Shown: piece by piece, positions 8,247-18,298 of the stretch | Layout of the letters: each line of letters opens with the position of its first letter | How positions within the stretch are numbered: position 1 is the first letter of the stretch | Assembly: GCA_034440375.1 (NCBI GenBank) | Contig: JAWXBZ010000138.1 | Location: 1 to 22,490, forward strand | Source of the DNA: Candidatus Eiseniibacteriota bacterium | Lineage (GTDB): Bacteria; Eisenbacteria; RBG-16-71-46; JABDJR01; JAWXBZ01 | Direction of reading: 5' to 3' | Length of the DNA: 22,490 bases | Program-made: the position numbers and the translations under genes | Notes under the pieces: model-generated | Told to the model about the DNA's origin: nothing | Seen by the model: the letters and a program-made list of their open reading frames with translations, nothing else | Databases searched by the model: none

Positions 8247-9500
8247 ATGAACCAACTTGCCGCCGGGAGCTCCGGCCTGACCATGGACGGCGTTCCGCTG
8301 GCGGCGCTCGCCGGGGAGTTTGGCACCCCCGCGTATGTCTACTCAGCGGCCACGCTTCTCGCTCGATACCGGGAAATGGACCTGGCGTTTGCCGGCATCC
8401 CGCACCGGATTCTTTACTCCGTCAAGGCGAATTCCAGCCGGGCCCTGCTCTCCCTGCTGGCCCGGGAGGGGGCCGGGGCGGATGTCGTCTCCGGCGGTGA
8501 GCTTATCCGGGTCCTTCGAGCCGGCTTTTCCCCCGGGCAGATCGTGTTTGCCGGCGCCGGGAAAACCGACGCGGAGCTCACGGCCGCCATCGACGCCGGC
8601 ATCGGCCTGATCAACATCGAGTCGGCCGGCGAACTCTCCCGGCTCGAACGACTGGCCACGGCTCGCACGATCCCGATTGCGCTGCGGGTCACTCCGGAGA
8701 TCGTCGGCGGAACCCACCACTACACGGAGACCGGGACCGGGGCGACGAAGTTCGGCGTGCCGGCCGCGCAGGCACTCGAACTGGCCGCCGGTCTCGTCGA
8801 GCGCGGTAAGGCTCTGGCGGGCCGGGGCGTGTCGCTGGTTGGCCTCCATGTCCACTTTGGTTCGCAGATCACGAAGCTGGCTCCCTTCGTCGAAGCGGCC
8901 GGGCGACTTCGCGAACTGACCTTGCTTGCCCGGGGACGGGGTGCGGACATCCGGTTCCTCAACATGGGGGGGGGCCTCGGAATTCGCTATGAGGACGAAT
9001 TGCCGCCGACGCCGGCCGAACTGGCCGCGGCCGTGATTCCCCACTTTGCTGACCTCGGCGTTGAGCTCCTCCTCGAGCCGGGTCGCTGGATCGTCGCGTC
9101 GGTGGGCCTCCTGCTTTCTCGCGTCATCGATGTCAAGACGACCGGCGACGACACGTTCGTCATCCTGGATGCGGGAATGAATGACCTGATCCGCCCGGCG
9201 CTCTACGGTGCTCACCATGAAATCATCCCCGTGACTCCCCGGCCGGGCGTGGAGCGGGAGGTGGCCATCGTCGGCCCGATCTGTGAGAGCGGTGATTTTC
9301 TGGCGCGAGCCCGGCGAATGCCGCCCCTTCTGCCGGGAGATCTGGTGGCAATCCGGGATGCCGGGGCCTACGGGTTCAGCATGGCCTCGAACTACAACAG
9401 CCGCCCTCGGCCGCCCGAGGTGCTGATCGAGGGAGGGGTTGCCCGCCTCATCCGAAGACGCGAAACGATCGAGGACCTGGCCGCCGGCGAACTCGACTGA
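8247..9500 (+). CDS. lysA: Diaminopimelate decarboxylase
   Basis: FGTPAYVY, YSVKAN (PLP lysine), DVVSGGEL, KFG, HVHFGSQ, NMGGGLG, EPGR, RPALYG, GPICESGD, GAYGFSMASNYNSRP. Confidence 0.96.
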   Translation: MNQLAAGSSGLTMDGVPLAALAGEFGTPAYVYSAATLLARYREMDLAFAGIPHRILYSVKANSSRALLSLLAREGAGADVVSGGELIRVLRAGFSPGQIVFAGAGKTDAELTAAIDAGIGLINIESAGELSRLERLATARTIPIALRVTPEIVGGTHHYTETGTGATKFGVPAAQALELAAGLVERGKALAGRGVSLVGLHVHFGSQITKLAPFVEAAGRLRELTLLARGRGADIRFLNMGGGLGIRYEDELPPTPAELAAAVIPHFADLGVELLLEPGRWIVASVGLLLSRVIDVKTTGDDTFVILDAGMNDLIRPALYGAHHEIIPVTPRPGVEREVAIVGPICESGDFLARARRMPPLLPGDLVAIRDAGAYGFSMASNYNSRPRPPEVLIEGGVARLIRRRETIEDLAAGELD

Positions 9501-11999
9501 TCATTCCCGCGCGAGGACGAGGACACTTCGGCCCGGAGCCGAAATCTCACCCCGGGTGAAGCGCCGGACCGGCAGGGGTGCATCGTCTACCGTTATCCCG
9601 TCCACGATCGTGACCCAGTTCCCATCGGGGAGCGGCACCCGTCGTTGCTCTCCGGCCGGATTGAAGAGGATGATCGCGGCGTTCCACGCGTCGCTGGTGT
9701 TACCTCGGTCGATCCGCGCGGCCACCACGGGTACCGGGACCGGAAGGTGCAGGTCGTCGTCCAGCCAGAAAAGTGTTCGGGGCGCTCCAGTTCCACCGGT
9801 CTGCCGCAACAGGGGATGCGCCCGCCGCAGACGGATCAGATCCCGATGCCACCGAAAAACTTCCAGGTGATGGGCTTTTCGCGACCATTCGATGCGGTTG
9901 ACGGCGTCCCCGAGGTTGTAGGAGTTATCCACCCCCTGTTTGGTGCGGAGGAAATCCTGGCCGGCGGAAAGAAAAGGAATTCCCCGGGCCAGGAGGACAG
10001 CCGCTCCGGCCATCCGGTGGAGTCGCACCAGGGCCACCTCATCACCCGAAACCTCCGCCGCGATTACCTTGAGACGGTCCCACAGCGTCTGGTTGTCGTG
10101 GCACTCGACGTAGTTGACCGATTCGAGGGGGGAGTCGGCGAAATCGTGCAGACTCCCCTCGAGGCCCCGACGAAAAGCGCCGCCGTGGCCACCGCTCACC
10201 AGGAAAGCGTCGCGGCCGGAGCCGGCATCCCCTTTGATCGCGTTCCGGAAATGATCGTTGAAGACGGCGAATCCCTGTCCCCGCTGCGATCCCTTCACGG
10301 TGGGCGCGATCGGAGTCGGGCCGGCCGTCCACGGCTCCCCCCACAAAAAGATGTCGGGCCGGATGGATCGAAGCTCGCGAACGATCATTTTCATCGTGTC
10401 GAGATCGATCAGCCCCATGAGATCAAACCGGAATCCATCGATGCCGTACTCCGTCACCCATAGCCGCAGCGCATCGAGGATGAAACGTCGGGCCATCGGC
10501 GCTTCCGTGCGAAACTCATTGCCGGTGCCCGAGCCATTCCAGGAGGATCCATCGGCGTGAAGCCGGTAGTAGTAGCCCGGTGCCAGCCCCTCGAACGAAA
10601 AGATCTTGTCGGGTGGCATCTCGGCGGTGTGGTTGAAGACCACGTCCATGACCACCTTGAGGCCCCGCCGGTGGAGTGCATCGATCATTCGCTTCAGTTC
10701 GTCGATGCGCTCGTCGCCGTCCTGGCCTGTGGCATAGGCGCCGTCCGGCACATTGAAATTCACCGGCATGTAACCCCAGTGGTACTCCCCGGCCAACTCG
10801 TCGTTTTCGAAATCCTGGATAGGTAGCAGCTGAACTGTATTCGCCCCGAGCTCGAGGATATGGTCGAGCGCCGTCGTCACCGTTGGATTGTGCGGCAGGT
10901 GCGTGCCTGACTCGGAGAGGCCGAGGTAAAGTCCTCGGGCGTTCACCCCGGAATCAGGCGCCATCGTGACATCGCGCAGATGCAGCTCGTACACGACCGC
11001 CTCATCCACTCCGAAGGATGGCCCTGGCAAGGGGGGCGGAGTCGGCCGGGTGATGCGGGCGCGACCGTCGTGAGCGGAGACGGCGCGGGCGTAGGGATCA
11101 ATGAACTCCCGATCGGGATGAAAGCGCGGGTCGGGTCCATCGACGCGAAGCGTGTACCAGGCACCGCTCCGATCGCCGGGAAGCTCCACCAGCCACGTTC
11201 CCCCGGCCTCTCGAGTCATCGCAAAGCGGGTGGCCACGCCGCCGCGAGGTTCCCGGTACAGGCAGAAATCCACAGTTGCCGCCGTCGGGGCGAAGACACG
11301 ACAGATGGTGACCCCGGTGCCGGGAACGGCGCCGAGTCTCCGCTCGCTTCGAAATTCCGGTCGATCAAGGAGATGTCGCGGCCAGACAAGGCCGGGTCGG
11401 ACGCCCCTGGCCAACACGGTGAGCGGCGCCACCGGGCCGGAGTCGAGGTCGATGCCAGGATCGAGGCCCAGCCGTACTCGGAAGGCGCGGTTCCCGATCC
11501 ATGAATCGCCGGGGGCCGGCACCGCGCTGGTCACTGGCAGGGGCCCCCGTGGTGAGTCGACAAGGAAATTCATGGCGAGCATGGCATCGGGATCGACAGG
11601 GTGATACAACTCGACCAGCAGTTCGTCCGGTTGGTCGATGAATCCGCCGACGACGAACGGCGTGGTGTCGGGGCGCTCGTGGTCCCAGCCCGACCGGCGG
11701 GCCATGACCCAGATTTCGGCCGGGTCGTCCGGGTGCCAGATTCGATCGGATCCGTCCCGCGCTTCCCAGTGGTTTCGGCGGGGAAGAAAGCCGATCGGAT
11801 CGAGGCGCCCGTCCGTTTCAACAAACGCCGACGGGTCCACTTCGAAGAGGAGGCCGAAGTCGTCCTGCCCGGCGGACACCACCTCACGTCCGCGATCGTG
11901 AGTCGCGCCGTTCCAAACCCACAGGCTCCAACCGGTGTTGTCCCGTTCCGGTCGGTGATAGTGAATGAGGAGCCGGAGCTCCGGGCGTTCAATCGCCAT
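9501..11999 (-). CDS. pulA: Type I pullulanase / GH13 alpha-1,6 debranching enzyme with N-terminal CBM41-like and CBM48-like domains
   Basis: IHYHRP..W.LWVW (CBM41-like), RVFAPTA (CBM48-like), YELHLRD, YHWGYMP, MDVVFNH, DGFRFDLM, WGEPW, NYVECHDN. Start ATG 11999 chosen from a GAGGG SD; 12020 is an alternative. Confidence 0.9.
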   Translation of the reverse strand: MAIERPELRLLIHYHRPERDNTGWSLWVWNGATHDRGREVVSAGQDDFGLLFEVDPSAFVETDGRLDPIGFLPRRNHWEARDGSDRIWHPDDPAEIWVMARRSGWDHERPDTTPFVVGGFIDQPDELLVELYHPVDPDAMLAMNFLVDSPRGPLPVTSAVPAPGDSWIGNRAFRVRLGLDPGIDLDSGPVAPLTVLARGVRPGLVWPRHLLDRPEFRSERRLGAVPGTGVTICRVFAPTAATVDFCLYREPRGGVATRFAMTREAGGTWLVELPGDRSGAWYTLRVDGPDPRFHPDREFIDPYARAVSAHDGRARITRPTPPPLPGPSFGVDEAVVYELHLRDVTMAPDSGVNARGLYLGLSESGTHLPHNPTVTTALDHILELGANTVQLLPIQDFENDELAGEYHWGYMPVNFNVPDGAYATGQDGDERIDELKRMIDALHRRGLKVVMDVVFNHTAEMPPDKIFSFEGLAPGYYYRLHADGSSWNGSGTGNEFRTEAPMARRFILDALRLWVTEYGIDGFRFDLMGLIDLDTMKMIVRELRSIRPDIFLWGEPWTAGPTPIAPTVKGSQRGQGFAVFNDHFRNAIKGDAGSGRDAFLVSGGHGGAFRRGLEGSLHDFADSPLESVNYVECHDNQTLWDRLKVIAAEVSGDEVALVRLHRMAGAAVLLARGIPFLSAGQDFLRTKQGVDNSYNLGDAVNRIEWSRKAHHLEVFRWHRDLIRLRRAHPLLRQTGGTGAPRTLFWLDDDLHLPVPVPVVAARIDRGNTSDAWNAAIILFNPAGEQRRVPLPDGNWVTIVDGITVDDAPLPVRRFTRGEISAPGRSVLVLARE

Positions 12000-12018
12000 C
12001 TGTCGTACCCTCGCTCGC

Positions 12019-12834
12019 ATGACAAAGCCCCGACGACAACCCGCTGAAGTATCCCGAAGCGAGCGCCTGGGCCGGCTCGAAATCCGGGTGGATAGGGAAG
12101 GGATCAAGCTGATGGCGCACGGCACTCTCTACGCGGTACTTCCGCCGACACCCGAAGCCACGCCGCCTCCATGGCTGGCGCTCGCCGCGGCCCCCTGGAT
12201 CCCGGAGGGGGGGCTTCTCGATCACCCGATCGGGTTGCTTGGGTACGGTGGCGGCACCGTGGCCCGCCTGCTCCGGGGGGCCTCCCCGAAGGTCGAAATC
12301 GTCGGCGTGGACCTCGACGCGGAGGTGCTCCGGCTGGGGCGTCGTCATCTCAAGTCGGCCGTTCGCGGCGTCACCATCGAGCAGGCCGAGGCCCGTGAGT
12401 GGCTGGCGCGCCCCGGGCCACGATTTGGGGCCATCCTCGACGATTTGTACGCGCCAAAAGGGGGGTGGCTGGCTCGCCCGGCGGATCTCGTGGATGTCCC
12501 CGAGCTGGCGAGGCGGCGCCTTGTTGCGGGGGGCGTGTACGCGGTCAATTTACGCTCCCCGTCGGGGCAGGTGGAAAAACAAATCATGATCCGAATCCGT
12601 CGGGCATTCCGCCAGATCCGAGTCATCCATACCCTTGAATACGCTCACAAGGTGGTCGTGGCCACGGATCGACCAATCCATGCCGGGGCGTTGAAGTGGG
12701 CCCTTTCGCGACTGCTGGAACCAACCGCTCGGCATGATAGTCTTTTGGGCCGCCCAGGATTCGGTAGCCCGCGGATGCTTGGGTTTCGGCCGATGCGTCG
12801 CCTGCCTCACCATTCGAATCGCCATAAGACTTGA
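12019..12834 (+). CDS. Spermidine synthase-like class I SAM-binding protein
   Basis: LLGYGGGT, VDLD, EAREWL, AILDDLY, L..GGVYAVN. Start ATG 12019 is inferred. Confidence 0.75.
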   Translation: MTKPRRQPAEVSRSERLGRLEIRVDREGIKLMAHGTLYAVLPPTPEATPPPWLALAAAPWIPEGGLLDHPIGLLGYGGGTVARLLRGASPKVEIVGVDLDAEVLRLGRRHLKSAVRGVTIEQAEAREWLARPGPRFGAILDDLYAPKGGWLARPADLVDVPELARRRLVAGGVYAVNLRSPSGQVEKQIMIRIRRAFRQIRVIHTLEYAHKVVVATDRPIHAGALKWALSRLLEPTARHDSLLGRPGFGSPRMLGFRPMRRLPHHSNRHKT

Positions 12835-12858
12835 TCCCGGCGGCCACCGCCAGCAACC

Positions 12859-14187
12859 ATGGAGACTAACTTGTCTAAGCGCTGGATCATCGGATTGATC
12901 GTGGTAGTCGGCATGGCTGCCGGGGGCTGGTTTTTGACCCGCCCCCGGACAAAGCCGCCCGAGTACCGTACCGCCCGGGTCGATCGGGGAAGCATCATGG
13001 CCCAGATAACGGCCACCGGCACGTTGAAGCCGGTGACGATGGTCCAGGTCGGCAGCCAGGTATCGGGCACGATCCAGTTGCTCCACGCGGACTTTAACTC
13101 GACGGTCCGAAAAGGCCAGGTCGTGGCTCAGCTCGACCCCTCGTTGTTCCGCTCGCAGCTCGCTCAGAATGATGCGAATCTCTCCCGCGCCATGGTCAAC
13201 GTCAAGGACGCCGACCGCACTTTTGCGCGGTCAAAGGAACTCCTGGCCCGAAATCTCATTTCGCAGTCGGAGGTTGACGCCGCCGAAGCCGCCCTGGATC
13301 GCTTTCGCGCCGAAGTCCGCCAGGCCGAGGCCACGGTGGAGCAGTCCCGCGTCAACCTGCGCCACACGACCATCAAGTCACCGATCGATGGCGTGGTTGT
13401 CTCCCGCAGCGTGGATGTCGGGCAGACGGTGGCAGCCAGCCTTTCCGCCCCGGTCCTCTTTGAAATCGCCAACGACCTGGCGGCCATGCAGGTTGAAGCC
13501 TCCATCGATGAGGCCGATATCGGCCAGATCAAGGCAGGGCAGCCGGTCACCTTCTCCGTCGACGCGTTTCCGGATGAAAAATTTGCCGGCGTCGTTTCCC
13601 AGACCCGACTCCAGCCGATCACGGTGCAGAACGTCGTCACCTATACGACGGTGATCGCCGTGGCCAATCCCGAGCTCAAACTCCGGCCCGGCATGACCGC
13701 AAACGTATCCGTGGAGGTGGCCCGCCGGGACAGTGCCCTCCGTGTTCCGGTGGCGGCGCTGTCGTTCCGTCCAGCCGAAGTTCGGGGTGGATCGAGCACC
13801 AGCCGGGGTGGAGCCGCCAACGCGGCGGCCCCTCCCGAAAGTGGGAAGAGCGGGGGAACCGCCGGCGGGCCGGGGGGGCGGCGCAGCGCCCCGGGCGGCA
13901 CGGGGAGCGGATCGGCTGGAGGCATGAGTGGCGGACGGGGGGGCCGCAGTTCCGCCGGCCCAACCGTTTACGTTAAGACGGGAAAAGCTTCTCTTGAACC
14001 CCGTCCGGTGAAGAGCGGCATCACCGATGGTTATTTCACTGAAATCGTCAGCGGTGAACTGAAGGAGGGTGACGAGGTCGTCACCGGCCTGGTCGGCGCC
14101 ACCACTTCGGCCGGCGGTGGGATGAACTCCGGAGGGCAGTCGGCCAAGAATCCGTTGGCCGGCAGCACCCGTCGGGGGCCGTTCTGA
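12859..14187 (+). CDS. macA: MacA-type efflux periplasmic adaptor (membrane fusion protein)
   Basis: N-terminal TM anchor, ATGTL.P...VQVGSQVSG, coiled hairpin, IKSPIDGVV, GQTVAASL, IDEADIGQI, LRPGMTA. Confidence 0.92.
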   Translation: METNLSKRWIIGLIVVVGMAAGGWFLTRPRTKPPEYRTARVDRGSIMAQITATGTLKPVTMVQVGSQVSGTIQLLHADFNSTVRKGQVVAQLDPSLFRSQLAQNDANLSRAMVNVKDADRTFARSKELLARNLISQSEVDAAEAALDRFRAEVRQAEATVEQSRVNLRHTTIKSPIDGVVVSRSVDVGQTVAASLSAPVLFEIANDLAAMQVEASIDEADIGQIKAGQPVTFSVDAFPDEKFAGVVSQTRLQPITVQNVVTYTTVIAVANPELKLRPGMTANVSVEVARRDSALRVPVAALSFRPAEVRGGSSTSRGGAANAAAPPESGKSGGTAGGPGGRRSAPGGTGSGSAGGMSGGRGGRSSAGPTVYVKTGKASLEPRPVKSGITDGYFTEIVSGELKEGDEVVTGLVGATTSAGGGMNSGGQSAKNPLAGSTRRGPF

Positions 14188-14188
14188 G

Positions 14189-14980
14189 ATGCCGGTCGAC
14201 TTCGTCCCCTCCGCCCAGTCCACGAGGCCGCCAGGGGGCGACATCCTGGTCGTCGAGGATCTGGAACGCGTCTACCGGACCGGCAGCTATGAAGTGCGGG
14301 CGCTCCGCGGCGTCAGCTTCGCGATTCCAACCGGGCAGATGGTGGCCATCATGGGCACGTCCGGTTCCGGAAAATCGACTCTCATGAACATCCTCGGCTG
14401 CCTCGACAAGCCGACCGGCGGTCGTTATCTCCTCGACGGGGTCGAGACGGCGTCTCTCGATCGCGATGCGCGGGCGTCCATCCGAAACTCCAAGATTGGT
14501 TTTGTCTTCCAGTCGTTCAACCTCCTGGCTCGCACCACCGCCCTGGAAAACGTCGAACTGCCGCTCATCTACAGCGGCGAGTCCGGCCGGGCCGGGCACG
14601 CCCGCGCCCTCCTTGCCCTGAAGCGGGTCGGGCTCGGCGACCGCGCGCATCACCTGCCGAACCAGCTCTCGGGTGGCCAGCAGCAGCGGGTGGCCATCGC
14701 CCGGTCACTGGTCAACCGGCCGGCCATCCTTCTGGCCGATGAGCCGACCGGCAATTTGGATACCCGCACCAGCCTCGAGATCCTCTCGCTCTTCCAGGAG
14801 CTCAATCACGAGGGCGTTACCGTCCTCTTGATCACGCATGAGCACGATATCGCCGCGTTCGCTGACCGGGTCGTCACGCTGCGCGACGGACGCATCACCG
14901 CCGACCTCCGCCAGGTACCGCGTTCCGCGGCGAGCGCGCTGGCTATGTGCACCGACGACTCCGTGGAGCAACTGTCATGA
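14189..14980 (+). CDS. ABC transporter ATP-binding protein (MacB/LolD-type)
   Basis: Walker [10 protein letters not shown]-loop IGFVFQ, signature LSGGQQQR, Walker [14 protein letters not shown]-loop ITHE. Confidence 0.95.
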   Translation: MPVDFVPSAQSTRPPGGDILVVEDLERVYRTGSYEVRALRGVSFAIPTGQMVAIMGTSGSGKSTLMNILGCLDKPTGGRYLLDGVETASLDRDARASIRNSKIGFVFQSFNLLARTTALENVELPLIYSGESGRAGHARALLALKRVGLGDRAHHLPNQLSGGQQQRVAIARSLVNRPAILLADEPTGNLDTRTSLEILSLFQELNHEGVTVLLITHEHDIAAFADRVVTLRDGRITADLRQVPRSAASALAMCTDDSVEQLS

Positions 14981-16194
14981 AGTTCATGGCCATCCTGCGC
15001 GTTGGCCTTCGCGCCCTCGCCCGCAACAAGATGCGATCGTTGCTCACAATGCTCGGCATCATCATCGGCGTCGGGGCGGTCATCGCGATGATCTCGATTG
15101 CTGACGGCGCCCGGGCGCAGGTCCAGTCCCAGATTGCCTCGATGGGGACCAACATCCTGATGGTTTTTCCGGGAAGTGTCACGCAGGGAGGCGTGCGTTC
15201 CGGCTTTGGCAGCATCACCACGATGACCGCCGACGACGCCGTGGCCATCCTGCGCGAGGCCCCATCGGTGGCCAGGATCGCTCCGACCACCCGGACGGTA
15301 GCCCAGGTAATCGCCGGAAATCAGAACTGGAGCACGCAGATACAGGGGGCCGGCGCCGACTATTTTGACATCCGGGACTGGCCGGTCGAACAAGGGCTTC
15401 CGTTCACCGATCTCGACGTACGTTCCTCGGCCAAGGCCTGCGTCCTCGGCACGACGGTGGCCGACAATCTCTTCCCCGGCCAGGATCCGGTCGGCCAGGT
15501 GGTTCGAATCAACAAGGTCCCTTTCCAGATTCTCGGCGTCATGAAAAAGAAGGGTGGGAACGCCATGGGAAGCGATCAGGACGACATCATCGTCGTTCCC
15601 TACACGACCGCGCAGAAGCGGCTTCAGGGGATCAGTCACATCCAGGGAATGATGATTTCCGCCGTGGGCAAGGAACAGGTGGCCACCGCCCAGACCGAGA
15701 TAACGCAAATTCTCCGCCGCCGCCATCGGATAGCACCAGGGGGCAATGACGATTTCATGATCCGGGCCCAGTCCGACATCGCCGCGACCGCCGATGAAAC
15801 GTCCAAGGTCATGACCATGCTCCTGGGTGCCATCGCTTCGGTCAGTCTCCTGGTGGGCGGCATCGGCATCATGAATATCATGCTGGTATCGGTGACCGAA
15901 CGAATTCGCGAAATAGGTATACGCATGGCCGTGGGGGCACGCCCCGGTGACATCCTGCTCCAATTCCTGCTGGAGGCGATCATTCTCTCCACGCTGGGCG
16001 GCCTGATCGGTGTCGGCCTCGGTATCGGAATCAGCCAGATCGTGTCCAAGGCGGCCGGCTGGTCGGTCCTGATTGCCCCGCCGGCGGTGGCCATGGCTTT
16101 CGGTTTCGCCGTGGCCATTGGCGTGTTCTTCGGATTCTACCCGGCGCGCAAGGCGGCCCTGCTCGATCCGATCGAAGCGCTTCGCTACGAGTAA
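14977..16194 (+). CDS. MacB-type ABC permease (periplasmic core plus FtsX-like domain)
   Basis: NKMRSLLTMLGIIIGV, SLLVGGIGIMNIMLVSVTERIREIGIRMAVGA, FFGFYPARKAA.LDPIEALRYE. ATGA overlap with the ATPase stop. Confidence 0.95.
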   Translation: MKFMAILRVGLRALARNKMRSLLTMLGIIIGVGAVIAMISIADGARAQVQSQIASMGTNILMVFPGSVTQGGVRSGFGSITTMTADDAVAILREAPSVARIAPTTRTVAQVIAGNQNWSTQIQGAGADYFDIRDWPVEQGLPFTDLDVRSSAKACVLGTTVADNLFPGQDPVGQVVRINKVPFQILGVMKKKGGNAMGSDQDDIIVVPYTTAQKRLQGISHIQGMMISAVGKEQVATAQTEITQILRRRHRIAPGGNDDFMIRAQSDIAATADETSKVMTMLLGAIASVSLLVGGIGIMNIMLVSVTERIREIGIRMAVGARPGDILLQFLLEAIILSTLGGLIGVGLGIGISQIVSKAAGWSVLIAPPAVAMAFGFAVAIGVFFGFYPARKAALLDPIEALRYE

Positions 16195-16204
16195 TGGTGC
16201 TCTG

Positions 16205-18115
16205 TCAGCGACGCCGCTCAAGCGTGGCTGACAGCTCGAGTGGCGTGCCATCCCACAGCACCAGAATGGTGACCCGGTCGCCGGGGCGGTGGCCGCCGAG
16301 TTCGTCCATCAAGTCATAGATGTTGCGGATGACACGGTTGTCGAAACCGACAATGATATCGCCCCCCCGGATACCGGCCTTCTCCGCGGGACCGCCGGGC
16401 CGGACACCGGACAGTTTGAGCCCGGGAGTCGGCGAATCGGTGTAGTCGGGGATGGTGCCGAGACTGGCCCCCGAACTCGAGGTCCCTCCCATCCGGGGGA
16501 TGCTGTCGGCCGCCACCGCCACGTAGGCCAGCGGAGTCGTTTCGGCAGCAAGGTTCATCGCCACACGGCGGATACCCTCCGCCACCAGCGCCATGCCGGG
16601 TGCATTGATCTTCTCCCAGTCGTCGGACGGCCTGTGATAATCCTCGTGCACCCCGGTGAAAAAAAAGAGTACCGGGCGCTTGCGATCGTTGAAGACCTTG
16701 TGGTCGGAGGGCCCGCTCCCGCCTTCGCCAAAGGTCAGCGTGATGTCCGAATTGCGATAGGCCTCCTCGACAAGTGGCCGCAGCGAGGGTGAGGTGCCCA
16801 CACCGCCCACTTCGAGCTTCCCGTTGCGTAACCGGCCCACCATGTCCATGTTGAGCATAGCCACGATGGAGTCAATCGATCGGAATGGGTGATCGGCATA
16901 CCATGTGGCGCCGAAGAGTCCCAGTTCCTCGGCCGCGAAGGCCACGAAGACGATTCCGGCGGATCGTGGGGTCGGATCCGAGCCAATCGCCTCGGCCAGT
17001 TCCATGAGGCTGGCGGTTCCGGAGGCGTTGTCGTCCGCTCCGTTATGAATGGCCAGCGTGTCCGGGGTCAGTGAGTGCTGCCCGCCCTCACCTAAGTGAT
17101 CGTAATGAGCCCCGATGACCAGGTGAGGCTCGGCCCGCGCGGTGGCTGGCTGGCTGGCGTTTCCCGGTATGGAAAGACTCGTTGCGGGCACATTTGGCGG
17201 AAGCCACCCCACCACGTTGCAGGTTGTTCGGGTCTCCGTCACGATGTCGCCCCGCAGCAGGACGGGACCATTCGTCACGTCAAAGCTCCACGGCCGCTCC
17301 TCGCCATCGATTCGGGATTGTGCGTCGGCGATTGACGGGGGCTTTTCCGGCAGACCGAGCCCCCAGAACGATTCGACGGCCGCCCGGGTCATCATCATGG
17401 CCGGAATGCCAACGGCCTGCGCGGTGCCGGCCCTTTCCCAGCGGAGCAGCTTGTCGGTTCCTCCCTCGCTCAGAGGCCCGTTGATCAGGATCAGGCCGAC
17501 CGCACCGTGGGTTTCCGCATTGCGAGCCTTGGTCCGCAGGCCGGCATGCCAGGTGTCTTTCCTTCCCTCGAACATCGAACTCGTGTCGTCGCGCGCTGGC
17601 TCGTATCGGAGGCAGAGCACGATTTTTCCTCTGACGTCGAGCCCCGCGTAGTCATCGTACCCCAGGTCAGGAGCGGTCACCCCGTAGCCGGCGAAGACGA
17701 CCGGTGCCGAGCACTCCCCGGTGGCCGAGAAGGCCAGGGGCAGGAAATCCCGATCGGGGAGGAATTCACGGATTCCGTCGCCGACGATGTCACGGCCGCC
17801 AGCGCCGACGTTGGCTACCACCCGGTTGCCGGGCCCGAGTGATGTCGCAACCTGCGCCGGAAACTCCTGGTACCAGCCCCCATCGTCGCCGGCTGGAACC
17901 AGTCCCGACCGCTGAAACGATTCGGCAACGTAGCGCGCCGCCAGCTCGCCTCCGGGATCTCCGGTTCCCCGTCCGCCAAATTTGTCGGAGGCCAGTGTGC
18001 GGACATGATCCATCAGTTCGTCGGGGGTGACAGGTTCGAAGGCAGAGGTGCGGGCGGCAGGGGTGGTCAGTATGACCAGAGTCAGCAGTCCAACGGTGAG
18101 GCGGTGACTGGACAT
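16205..18115 (-). CDS. Secreted M28 family aminopeptidase with PA and C-terminal PDZ domains
   Basis: Signal peptide from ATG 18115. PA-type VFAGYG..DDYAGLDVRGKIVL. Zn-site motifs GAHYDHLG, GADDNASG, AAEELGL, NMDMVGR, YHRPSDD. PDZ LGTIPDY...GGPAEKAGIRGGDIIV. Confidence 0.92.
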   Translation of the reverse strand: MSSHRLTVGLLTLVILTTPAARTSAFEPVTPDELMDHVRTLASDKFGGRGTGDPGGELAARYVAESFQRSGLVPAGDDGGWYQEFPAQVATSLGPGNRVVANVGAGGRDIVGDGIREFLPDRDFLPLAFSATGECSAPVVFAGYGVTAPDLGYDDYAGLDVRGKIVLCLRYEPARDDTSSMFEGRKDTWHAGLRTKARNAETHGAVGLILINGPLSEGGTDKLLRWERAGTAQAVGIPAMMMTRAAVESFWGLGLPEKPPSIADAQSRIDGEERPWSFDVTNGPVLLRGDIVTETRTTCNVVGWLPPNVPATSLSIPGNASQPATARAEPHLVIGAHYDHLGEGGQHSLTPDTLAIHNGADDNASGTASLMELAEAIGSDPTPRSAGIVFVAFAAEELGLFGATWYADHPFRSIDSIVAMLNMDMVGRLRNGKLEVGGVGTSPSLRPLVEEAYRNSDITLTFGEGGSGPSDHKVFNDRKRPVLFFFTGVHEDYHRPSDDWEKINAPGMALVAEGIRRVAMNLAAETTPLAYVAVAADSIPRMGGTSSSGASLGTIPDYTDSPTPGLKLSGVRPGGPAEKAGIRGGDIIVGFDNRVIRNIYDLMDELGGHRPGDRVTILVLWDGTPLELSATLERRR

Positions 18116-18161
18116 CGAAGGATTCCATCTCCGAAGGTTTGGGTGTCGGTTTCGGGCGCCG

Positions 18162-18170
18162 ATTGTAGCA
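18162..18170 (-). promoter_or_regulatory. Extended -10 element for the M28 peptidase gene
   Basis: Minus strand TGcTACAAT, about 46 nt upstream of ATG 18115. Confidence 0.45.
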
Positions 18171-18298
18171 GTCCGGGCCCACGGGAGCGTCCGGTCAATC
18201 TTTCCCCATCTGCCAACCCTCCGCCCCCACTTCGACACAGAGCTCGGATAACTTCCCGGTGCGAATTCGACTTTCTGTCACTCATTGGAGGTGCATCC

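Noticed and set aside
14806-16251. 481-aa minus-strand ORF and other long antisense ORFs (e.g. 367-1170, 7331-8194, 8343-9218, 13378-14244)
   Set aside because: They lie opposite well-supported genes and have no motifs. Such ORFs are expected from high-GC codon bias.
18005-18298. Upstream extensions of ORFs 18005-18889, 19092-19736, 20394-21860 and 16205-18238
   Set aside because: SD positions, signal peptides and paralogue alignment support the shorter starts.
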